36,895 nucleotides of DNA from Pyrinomonadaceae bacterium (GTDB lineage Bacteria; Acidobacteriota; Blastocatellia; Pyrinomonadales; Pyrinomonadaceae): the NCBI GenBank assembly GCA_035630035.1, contig DASQLL010000055.1, forward strand, positions 1-36,895, read 5' to 3'. Positions 14,737 through 22,886 of the stretch are shown here, in pieces; position 1 is the stretch's first letter; each line of letters begins with the position of its first letter. The notes under the pieces are model-generated. The model was not told the DNA's origin, ran no database searches, and worked only from the letters and a program-made list of their open reading frames with translations. The position numbers and the translations under genes are program-made.

Positions 14737-17117
14737 CACGCCCCCCGCAAGCGGAATCTCAGTCGCCTGCCGCCGAGCCACGGCACGCGCTCAAGCTCCG
14801 CCAGATAGCCTGCCGTCTCCAAGACCACGTCGAGCGGCGCGCGCTCCAACTCGACGGTCAGCGCGTCGCGTCCCGCGTACAGCCGCCCGCGCCTGCGTAG
14901 GAACTGCTCGACCAGATACGGCACGCCCGACGCGGAGAAGTTTCTGAGCCAGCGCGCCCATAATCTGAGCAGCGAACAGGTCGTGAGCGCGATTGACAGG
15001 TCGGTGCGAGCCGCCCCGAGCCGCCCGCCATCGAGCGCCGCCAGCGCCTCGCGCAGCGCCGCACGACCTGACTCGTGCAGGCTCGACAACTCTTCGCCCG
15101 CCGCGCCTGGCCCCACGCCGACGGCGGCCGCGTCTTCGACGGCGACACCCTCGCCGACGACGACGCGCGGGCGCACGCCGGACGCCGCCTCCCACGAGTC
15201 GAGCCACGCGGCCAGGATTCCCGAAGCCTCTTCGCGCTCGCCGACGACGCACCCCAGCGGCCAGAACAGCGCACCCTCATCCGCGGCGACGAGTGCCGCC
15301 TCGCCGCCTTCAAGCTCCACCTTGTAGACGTGCATCACGTCGGCGCGCAGCAAACGCTGCCCCGCCGCGACCTTCAGCAGCGCCCCCTGAAGTCGCTCGC
15401 CGCACGCCTCGTCCGAAGCCCACGCTTCGCGCAGCTCGTCGAGCGACAGCGGCCCGTCGAGCCCCGCGAGCAGGCAGAGCCCTTCGTCCAGAGACCCGAC
15501 CGCCGTCGCCGCCTCCGCGCCGAACAGACGTAGCCCGAGCGCGGCAATCAGCTTCGCGGTCGTCGTCAGACGCGCGGCCGGCTCGTGCCCTTCGCCCGTC
15601 ACGGCGGCGCGCACGCCCCCCGTCTCCGAGTCAAGTGAGTTGAGCCGCGCGTCGAAAATCGCGCGCAGAAGGAGCGACGCCCCCGCGCACGCACTCTCGA
15701 CGCCGACGCCTTCGTGCGCCCGAGTCTGCTTCCAGCCGTCGTCGAGTTTTTCGAGCAGCGCCACCGCGGGCTCGCCCAGTGCCGCGACGAAATGGATGGC
15801 GGCGGCCGCGCCCGCGTGCCTCTCCGCCGTACTTGCGCGTCCTTCTTCTGCGACGGCGTGCAGCGCGCCCTCGGCGTCACCCTGCCGGAGGCTGCGCGCT
15901 AGCGCCTCGGGGCGAGCCGCGTCGAGCAGCAACTGCCTCACCGCCAGCAGATGTTGAATGGTCGTTTTCGCCGCGGCGTCGTCGGCCCAACGCGGCTCGC
16001 GGCCGACGAGCGCCGCGTAGAGCCGCAGCGCGCCGGCGTAGAGATCATCGCCCGCGCCGCCCGTGCCCGGTCGCGCGCCTTCGCCGACGACCGCGTCGAG
16101 CGCCCTGAGCAGTTCGCGCTGGCGCGGAGTCGCCCCGAGGCGCGCGGGCAGGCGCGCCGCCTCCCGCGAGCCGCCGTGCAACTCAACCAGCGCGCCCTTC
16201 AGCCACCCGGCGTCGAGCCAGTCGTACTTTGCGAGCGCGCGCTCGAAGGTCTCAGGGAGGCCGACGGCCGTCTTGCGGCTGAGCAGCCCTCGCCTATCGA
16301 AGAAGAGCAGAACGTCGAAGAGTGCGACGGCCAGGGCGCGCGGGTCGCGCCAGTCGGGCGCGGGCGGCGAGGTTTGAAGATAGACTTCCAAAAGCTCCTC
16401 GCCCACACGATTGCGTCCCCACGCGCCGAAGTCTTCGACGAGCGCGAGGGCAAGCGCGTAGAGCGGGCGAACCGATTCGGCCCCGCCGCCGGGCGCTTCC
16501 ACGGCGTGCGTTCCGCCGTCGAACACTTCGTCGGTGGGTGCTTCGTCGTGCGGGGCGCCTTCCCAGAGTTCGCGCCGCGTGCTCGAATCGAGCGAGTCGA
16601 GCGCGGGGCCGAGCGCGCCTGCCTCGCCGAGTCGCGCGAGTATGTGGGCGAGGCGCCGGCGGTTGTCGAGCAGCACGCGGCGCAGCGTCGCCGGCGCCGT
16701 GTCGGCGCGCAGAGGTGCGAAGGCCGAGAAGTACCAGCGTCCCCAGGCGTCGCTGTTCAGCAGCGCCGCGACGAACTGCGCGACGTAGTCGGCCTGCGAG
16801 TCGAAGCGCACGAGGTTCGTGCCGTCTTCGGAGGTGAGGGCGCGCACGACCGCGCCCGCCAATTGCTCGCCCCAGCGGTTCGCGACGCGCGTGTCGGTCG
16901 TCGTCTCGCCGAGCGTCAGGCCGACGCGCGCGCGCACGCGCCGGAGGACGTAGACCGTCTCTTCGCCGCCGAGCGCGGCCTCCAATGAGTCGGAGAAGGT
17001 CGCCGCCAGTCGCTCGCGCTTGATGGCTTCGAGCCGCGCCGTCAACGCCCGCGCGCCTTCGCCCCGCGCGCCGAACACGCGGTAGCGGCTGTGTAGGTGA
17101 GCGACGCGACCGTCCAC
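14736..17117 (-). CDS. Putative eCIS tape-measure protein (Cis14 position), 793 aa Ala/Leu/Arg-rich
   Basis: GTG start at 17117 with GAGGGGAGG upstream. It sits between the fibre-position genes and the ATPase, as Afp14 does. The N-terminus (HLHSRYRVFGA...VYVLRRVRARVGL) and C-terminus (PLDVVLETAGYLAELERVPWLGGRRLRFRL) resemble my recollection of CIS tape-measure family ends. Not verified. Confidence 0.5.
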   Translation of the reverse strand: MDGRVAHLHSRYRVFGARGEGARALTARLEAIKRERLAATFSDSLEAALGGEETVYVLRRVRARVGLTLGETTTDTRVANRWGEQLAGAVVRALTSEDGTNLVRFDSQADYVAQFVAALLNSDAWGRWYFSAFAPLRADTAPATLRRVLLDNRRRLAHILARLGEAGALGPALDSLDSSTRRELWEGAPHDEAPTDEVFDGGTHAVEAPGGGAESVRPLYALALALVEDFGAWGRNRVGEELLEVYLQTSPPAPDWRDPRALAVALFDVLLFFDRRGLLSRKTAVGLPETFERALAKYDWLDAGWLKGALVELHGGSREAARLPARLGATPRQRELLRALDAVVGEGARPGTGGAGDDLYAGALRLYAALVGREPRWADDAAAKTTIQHLLAVRQLLLDAARPEALARSLRQGDAEGALHAVAEEGRASTAERHAGAAAAIHFVAALGEPAVALLEKLDDGWKQTRAHEGVGVESACAGASLLLRAIFDARLNSLDSETGGVRAAVTGEGHEPAARLTTTAKLIAALGLRLFGAEAATAVGSLDEGLCLLAGLDGPLSLDELREAWASDEACGERLQGALLKVAAGQRLLRADVMHVYKVELEGGEAALVAADEGALFWPLGCVVGEREEASGILAAWLDSWEAASGVRPRVVVGEGVAVEDAAAVGVGPGAAGEELSSLHESGRAALREALAALDGGRLGAARTDLSIALTTCSLLRLWARWLRNFSASGVPYLVEQFLRRRGRLYAGRDALTVELERAPLDVVLETAGYLAELERVPWLGGRRLRFRLRGA

Positions 17118-17153
17118 TGGCCTCCCCTCTGAACCTTCCCGCGCGCGCTGGGC

Positions 17154-18563
17154 TTACGGCTCGACGATGAGCTTGAGTGCCTTGCTGAGTTCGTCGGCGA
17201 GCGCCGGTTGGCTCGCCCTGACGCGCTCGACGAAATGGTCGCGGAACGACGAATCTTCCGCGAGGCGGCGCGTTAAGGCTTCCATGCTGTCCGCGTCCGC
17301 GGCGGTGGCTGAACTGCTAAAGGCTATGGCCCGCCTGTCCGTGCCGCTGCCGCTGAGCGCCGCGAGCATCGCCCCGCCGGCGACGCCGCTCCCGATGGTG
17401 CCGGCTAAGTAGGCGCGCGCCGACGAGGACGCTCGCGCCGAGGCACGTTCCTGCGTTTCGATGAGCTGGCCGATGACGACGAGGTTGCCGTGGACAGTGA
17501 CGGTGCAGTCGTCCGTGATGGTGAGGCACGGGTGGAAATCTTCGGTCTCGTTGCCGGCCTCGTCCGGCCCCTTGAACCACGAGCCGATGACGACCCGGTT
17601 GCTCCCGGCGCCAGCGGCGGTGGCGGCGCGCGCCATCTCGATCCGAAGCTCGTGTGCGCCCTCGCCGTTGTCGAGGTGGTAGACGCTCCACGGCGGGAGG
17701 TCGGGGTCGCGCGCCGTCCCCGCCTGAAACTCGATGGCGCCGCCCGCCATCGTCAGGTTGCCGTAGAGCGTCGCGTCGCGCCGCACTTCGAGGTCGCCGC
17801 TCTTGTCAATGCTCAACAGCGGGCGCGGCGGCCGCTCGCCGGCCTCCTGAGCTTCGGGGATGAAGACGGCGAAGCGGCGCGAGTCGTCGGCAAGCTCCGC
17901 GCCGACCTGCACGCGCGCGCGCCCGGAAGGAGCGGCCACCTCCTCGCCGACGAGCCCGATATAAGGGCGGTCGTCCGACTTGATGGTGAAGGGCTGCTTC
18001 TGGTTCGAGCGGTCGTAGACGACCTGGCCGAGGAAGACGGGCCAGTCGTTGACGGGGTCGTCGGGCGGCGTGCGGACGGGCGAGAAATCGAGGTCGGGGC
18101 GGGGGACGCTCTCGGGCTGGCGGCGGACGAGGAAGTCCGGGTCGGGGCGTTCGAGCTGGACGCGCGCCGTCTCCTGCCAGCGGTAGAAGGAGGCGCCGCC
18201 GCGCGCCGAGTCCCCGCAGCCGGCGTAGCCCGCGGGCGGCTCGTCGCTGCCGCTGCGCTCGTAGACGAGCCAGACGTCAAGCTCGTCGCTCACCTTTTCC
18301 GAGAAGGTGTTCGACGAGAGCGGCTGCCGCTGCGGCAGAATCAGCTCGCGCCCGTAGCCGTCCACGGCCATACCCGGTTGGACGTAGAGGTTGCCGCCCT
18401 CTTCGGCGACCACCTCAAGCCCGGTGACGATGCCCCAGGTGTGGTGCGAGATGTTGTGGCGGCGGCGCATCGCGACGTGGTAGTCCTGCTCGTCGGCGAA
18501 GTCCGCGGGGCGTAGGTATTGGCGTTCGTAGTAGTGGACGCGTGTGACCTGTCTGTCGCTCAT
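17154..18563 (-). CDS. eCIS fibre-position protein, paralog 4 of 4 (shared N-terminal module; unknown function)
   Basis: 469 aa, ATG start. N-terminal HYYERQYLRPADFADEQDYHVAMRRRHNISHHTWGIVTGLEV...QPGMAVDGYGRELIL. Collinear with 18595-20364 over about 400 aa (RTPPDD, WPVFLGQV, SGRARVQVG, FHPCLTITDDCTVTVHGNL). Confidence 0.7.
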   Translation of the reverse strand: MSDRQVTRVHYYERQYLRPADFADEQDYHVAMRRRHNISHHTWGIVTGLEVVAEEGGNLYVQPGMAVDGYGRELILPQRQPLSSNTFSEKVSDELDVWLVYERSGSDEPPAGYAGCGDSARGGASFYRWQETARVQLERPDPDFLVRRQPESVPRPDLDFSPVRTPPDDPVNDWPVFLGQVVYDRSNQKQPFTIKSDDRPYIGLVGEEVAAPSGRARVQVGAELADDSRRFAVFIPEAQEAGERPPRPLLSIDKSGDLEVRRDATLYGNLTMAGGAIEFQAGTARDPDLPPWSVYHLDNGEGAHELRIEMARAATAAGAGSNRVVIGSWFKGPDEAGNETEDFHPCLTITDDCTVTVHGNLVVIGQLIETQERASARASSSARAYLAGTIGSGVAGGAMLAALSGSGTDRRAIAFSSSATAADADSMEALTRRLAEDSSFRDHFVERVRASQPALADELSKALKLIVEP

Positions 18564-18594
18564 CTCGTCGTGTCACCCCCTTCGTCTGGCCCGT

Positions 18595-20364
18595 CTAACC
18601 CTGCGGCACGATGACCCGGACGGTCGCCTCCGCCGTCGCCGTCAGCACGTTCGACATGGCTCCAAGGCCGACGACGGTGACGACGAGTTTGATGTCGCCG
18701 GCGACTGAGCCCGGTTCAAAGATAAAGAAGTCTGCGGGTTGGGAGAGGTCGGGTCTTGGCGGGAATCTCCTCGGCGTCGCGCCCGCGGCGAGGCTGAAGG
18801 GTGCGGCGGGATAAGTCCGCCGCGTGGTCGCGCCGTTGAAGGTCAGGCTCTCGTAGACCAGCAGGCCGGCGATCAGGTTCTCCCCGGCGTTGAGCACGTT
18901 GATGGCATAGACCAGCTTCTCATTCGTCACCATCGCCCGCACGTTGCCGTCCGGGGTCTCGAGCTCCGTCAGCGGTCGCGGGGGGTTGTCCCCGTCCTGC
19001 CTCTGAACCGTGAGTTCGAGCTGAAGCTCAACCGGCACGTCTGCCGGCGTACTGCTGACAATCCCGCCCACCGCGGCCGCTGACTTGACGAACTGGTTGA
19101 CCAACTCGGCGCCGAAGCGCGGGTCTGAAGGGTCGGCCTTGATGGGGGCTTCGATGACCCGGCCCCTGACTTCGAGGTTGCCCGCGACCGTGACGAGGCA
19201 GTCGGCCGTCAGCGAGAGGCAGGCGTGGAACTCGTCCTTCGCGTCGCACGAGCCGACCGTCAGCCTGTAGAGCGCGGGGTCGCCCTTGTCGCCGGGGTTG
19301 CCCATCTCGAAGCGGAGCTGTCGGATGCTCCGGGCGTCCTTCGTGACCGAGGTGCGATAAACCTGCCAGGGCGCGGCCGCCTTCGGCGTCGCGGCGAGCG
19401 GGCGGAAGTTGACGGCGCGCGCCGCCCCCTTAACCTCCTCACGCGCCGCTCCGCGTCGGCACTCGGGCGGGAGGTCGGGCGGGAGCGGCCCGCCCGCGTC
19501 TTTATTCTCGTGCAGGATGAGCTGGCCGCCGAGCGTCGTGTTGCCGCGCACGACCGTCTTCCCCTCGCGGTCGAGCGCGAGGCGTTCGACGAAGGCGCCC
19601 GCGTCGTCCGCGACGGAGACGGCGAAGCGGCGCGCGTCGCCCGCCGCCTCGCTCCCCACCTGCACGCGCGCGCGCCCCGACGCGGCCGTCAACATCTCGC
19701 CCCGCAGCCCCGCGTAGGGGCGCGTCGCGCGCGGGATTTCGTAGCGCACCGTCCCGCCGGCCGAGACACGCGCGACCCGGCCGAGGTAGACGGGCCACAC
19801 ACGCGCCGCGTCGTCGGGCGGCGTCCGGTGGGGACGGAAGCCGAGGTCGTCAGTGGGGACTTCGGCGGGCACGCGCGGGTCTACCACCTGCGCGGGATTG
19901 ACGAAGTCTGCGGGGCGAACGCGCGTCAGGCGCAGGCGCGACACCTCGCGCCTGCGGTCGGAGAAACCCGGCCCGCAGGCGCGGCGTCCGCGCTGCGTCG
20001 TCAACGCTCCCTCGTAGTCGTAGACGAGCCACACGTCGAGCATCTCGCTGTGCAGCCGGTCGAAGGCGTCGGGCGGGAGCGCGAGCTGTTCGTCCACGAA
20101 CAGCTCGCGCCCGTAGCCGTCAACGGCCACGCCCGCCTCGACCGAGAGCCCGCCCGCCTGCGTCAGCCTCAGCCCGAGCCCGCGGACGATGCCCCAGATG
20201 TGGTGCCCCGTGTTGTGGCGGCGGCGCATCGAGACGCGGTAGTCCTGCTCCGCGACGAGGTCTGCGGCGCGCAGCACCTGGCGCTCGCGGAAGCGGACGC
20301 GCGTGGCCCCGGCGACGGGCTCGGCCGCCTCTACCGGGCTAGCTTTTTGGCACTTTCTATCCAC
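18595..20364 (-). CDS. eCIS fibre-position protein, paralog 3 of 4 (shared N-terminal module; divergent beta-rich C-terminus)
   Basis: 589 aa. The only in-frame start nearby is GTG at 20364, which overlaps the upstream gene by 34 nt. RFRERQVLRAADLVAEQDYRVSMRRRHNTGHHIWGIVRGLGL...EAGVAVDGYGRELFV. The start position is uncertain. Confidence 0.65.
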   Translation of the reverse strand: MDRKCQKASPVEAAEPVAGATRVRFRERQVLRAADLVAEQDYRVSMRRRHNTGHHIWGIVRGLGLRLTQAGGLSVEAGVAVDGYGRELFVDEQLALPPDAFDRLHSEMLDVWLVYDYEGALTTQRGRRACGPGFSDRRREVSRLRLTRVRPADFVNPAQVVDPRVPAEVPTDDLGFRPHRTPPDDAARVWPVYLGRVARVSAGGTVRYEIPRATRPYAGLRGEMLTAASGRARVQVGSEAAGDARRFAVSVADDAGAFVERLALDREGKTVVRGNTTLGGQLILHENKDAGGPLPPDLPPECRRGAAREEVKGAARAVNFRPLAATPKAAAPWQVYRTSVTKDARSIRQLRFEMGNPGDKGDPALYRLTVGSCDAKDEFHACLSLTADCLVTVAGNLEVRGRVIEAPIKADPSDPRFGAELVNQFVKSAAAVGGIVSSTPADVPVELQLELTVQRQDGDNPPRPLTELETPDGNVRAMVTNEKLVYAINVLNAGENLIAGLLVYESLTFNGATTRRTYPAAPFSLAAGATPRRFPPRPDLSQPADFFIFEPGSVAGDIKLVVTVVGLGAMSNVLTATAEATVRVIVPQG

Positions 20365-22886
20365 TCTTTGACCTGTTCCTCTCCGACTCCGGTGATCTCT
20401 TTGGTGAGTTCTTTCAGGCGCTCGACCGGCGTCTCCGCAAGCTGCGCGAAGGTGCTTATGCCGGCCTCGCGCAGCTTCTGCGCCGTAATCGGGCCGATGC
20501 GCGGGATAACTGTGAAGTCGTCCTCACGTGAGGCGGCCCGTCGCGGTAGCGGGAGGAGCTGCGAGTTCGCGGGGACTGGCGGGGTCGCTCCCCGAGGCAC
20601 GAGCCACAACTCAAACCTATATTCATTCAGGGTTGGGTCCTCGAAGATGACGATTCTCACCACGATGCGTCCGGAATCAATGCCCCGCCTATTGACGAGA
20701 TAGTCCCTCGCACGGCTTGCACGCTGGTCGATGGTGCCTTTAGTGCCGTCGCCGTTACCGAAGTGGTAGACGATAACGTGGCCTTCGGCTGTCGGGTCGT
20801 TCTGCAACTCGATGGCGAAAATGTCGAGACGCGCATTCTCAGTGGCGAACCTTTCCTGTAACTCGTCAGAGAAAATATCCTCACTCCCAAGAGTCCCAAT
20901 AAAAGGGTCGGGGAAATCGTCAATCTTGCGCGCCTGCGGGGCGATGACGTTGGTGCTGAGCCTGCCCGTGGTGTTGCAGCGCGGGTCGTAGCCACTGACT
21001 TCGACCGTGGCCGTGATCTGGTGGCCGGGAGGTACCCCCGACGAGTCCACCCCGATGCTCGGCGTGCCCTGACCGCTGGCGATGGTGCCGCGGGACGCCG
21101 ACCAGTTATAGCCGACCGTCGTGACAGGTGTGGCGCCCGTCACCCTGACCGTGAATTGGACTATGTCTCCGACCGGGACGCTGTTTGGAGCGTCCATCGT
21201 GATTGTCGGGCACGCGGGCTCTTCGGGCGCGGCCTCGACGGTGGCCGCAATGCTCCGCGTGGTATCGCACGTCTGGTCGTAGCCGCCGACTCTAACCCTG
21301 ACCGTGACTGGCGTGTTGGGCGCAAGCCCGGCGGGGTCAAAGGTGATCGAATTGGTGCCCTGGCCGCTGATGGCTCCGGCCGAAACCTCCCAGTTGTAGG
21401 TCGGCGTTACGTTCGGGTCGCCGCCGGTCACGTCGGCCCAGAACGGGTTCGGCTGCCCGGCCCTGAGGGAAATCGAACCGGTCAAACGGATGTCCGGGCA
21501 CAGGGGCGGCGGCGTCGTGCCGGTGGCCGTGCAGAAGCCGACGACGCGCTGCCCGAGCGGCCCGTCCGTGAAGGTGTAGGCGATGCGCTCCTCGCCGCAC
21601 TTGACGAAGAGGTCGCAGCGCAGCGCCTTCAGGAGGTCGGCGGGCGTGGCGGGCGTCCTGAACTCTTCCCGCCTCACGCGCACGCCGAGGTCGGCGAGCA
21701 TCGTGCAGACCTCGTCCCAGCGGTGCCAGATGGCGCGGCCGACGTTGACGTAACCGAGCGGGGCGGGCCAGCAGTCGGGCTGAACGGGACGGCGGAACGG
21801 CGGGTAAGGGTCGATGGCCGTGATGCAGAAGCGCTCGACGCCGTTGCGCTCGCGCTTCTCAAGCCAGACGCGCGCGAGCGGCACGCCCACGTCCGTCTCG
21901 CATTCGAAGCAGGCGCAGTTGAGGTAGGCGGTGCGACAGTCGCGCACCATCTGGAAGAGCAGCTCGGTCTGCACGCGGGGGCTGGCGAGTTCCGTTTCGG
22001 TGAGCCCGCAAATCTCGTCCTGCAGGCCGCAGAAGTACCGCATCGGGTGGGCCGCGAGCCAGTCGAGCAGGTAGCGGCGCACCTCCGCGCCGGTGAGGTT
22101 CGGCTTAAAGTTGACGAGCACGTCGAGGCACTTCTCGTAACCCTCGTGCCAACGCTTGGCGCGCTCGCTGACCGGGTCGTCGTTGAGCGCGCCGAGCTTC
22201 CAAAAGAGTTCGTACGACTCGCGCGTGCGGCTGTACTCGCACGCGGCCACCTCACGGCAGGCGCTGCGGCCGAGCGCCGTCGCCGGCTCCGAGGGCTTCT
22301 CGGCGTAGCGTATGTAGATGTCTACTATCTTGACGTTCTCAATCGCGTCGGGCCGGTGGACTCCGCCGGAGGCCGCGTCGACCGCATGCGGGTTGGCCTT
22401 ACGGAAATCCTTCAGGGCGGTCTGCCGCGCCCCCGCGCCCGGCACGCCGGCGAGCCCGAGCGCGCCGTAGCCTGCGAGCGCGCCGTACTTCTCCTCGACG
22501 GCGCTGCGCAGGTCGGCACACGGGTCTTCCTCGTCGCGGCAGGCGGCCGAGAGGTCGAGCGTCGCCTCCGAGCAGACGATGATGTCGTCGCCGCAGCAGT
22601 TGACGGCGTAGCCCGGCGTGACGACAACGCTGTCGCACTTGCCCGGCGCGCAGCGCACGTCGAGCCCGCAGACGACGCCCCAGCCATCGCGGTAGCGCAC
22701 GAGCCCCGTCTTGTCGCGCGTCCAGTTGACGAGCGCCGTCAAGTCCTGGTCGGTGAGGAGTTGCCCGCAGAAGAAGCGCGGCTGCACGAGGCAGTCGAGG
22801 CCGCAGCACGTCTCCTCGCCCCCGCCGCAGTCGCAAGGGTGCGCCCCGTTCTTCTTACTCGGCACGGTCAGCGTCGTCGTTGCCAT
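20331..22886 (-). CDS. eCIS fibre-position protein, paralog 2 of 4: Cys-rich N-terminal module, two Ig-like repeats, alpha/beta domain, C-terminal helix-hairpin-helix (851 aa)
   Basis: Start re-set to the ATG at 22886 (AGGAGGA upstream); the ORF-track extension overlaps the previous gene. HPCDCGGGEETCCGLDCLVQPRFFCGQLLTDQDL...DGWGVVCGLDV. Two ~88-aa repeats (YNWEVSAGAISGQGTNSITFD / YNWSASRGTIASGQGTPSIGVD). The C-terminal IPRIGPITAQKLREAGISTFAQLAETPVERL is HhH-like. Confidence 0.7.
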   Translation of the reverse strand: MATTTLTVPSKKNGAHPCDCGGGEETCCGLDCLVQPRFFCGQLLTDQDLTALVNWTRDKTGLVRYRDGWGVVCGLDVRCAPGKCDSVVVTPGYAVNCCGDDIIVCSEATLDLSAACRDEEDPCADLRSAVEEKYGALAGYGALGLAGVPGAGARQTALKDFRKANPHAVDAASGGVHRPDAIENVKIVDIYIRYAEKPSEPATALGRSACREVAACEYSRTRESYELFWKLGALNDDPVSERAKRWHEGYEKCLDVLVNFKPNLTGAEVRRYLLDWLAAHPMRYFCGLQDEICGLTETELASPRVQTELLFQMVRDCRTAYLNCACFECETDVGVPLARVWLEKRERNGVERFCITAIDPYPPFRRPVQPDCWPAPLGYVNVGRAIWHRWDEVCTMLADLGVRVRREEFRTPATPADLLKALRCDLFVKCGEERIAYTFTDGPLGQRVVGFCTATGTTPPPLCPDIRLTGSISLRAGQPNPFWADVTGGDPNVTPTYNWEVSAGAISGQGTNSITFDPAGLAPNTPVTVRVRVGGYDQTCDTTRSIAATVEAAPEEPACPTITMDAPNSVPVGDIVQFTVRVTGATPVTTVGYNWSASRGTIASGQGTPSIGVDSSGVPPGHQITATVEVSGYDPRCNTTGRLSTNVIAPQARKIDDFPDPFIGTLGSEDIFSDELQERFATENARLDIFAIELQNDPTAEGHVIVYHFGNGDGTKGTIDQRASRARDYLVNRRGIDSGRIVVRIVIFEDPTLNEYRFELWLVPRGATPPVPANSQLLPLPRRAASREDDFTVIPRIGPITAQKLREAGISTFAQLAETPVERLKELTKEITGVGEEQVKEWIESAKKLAR

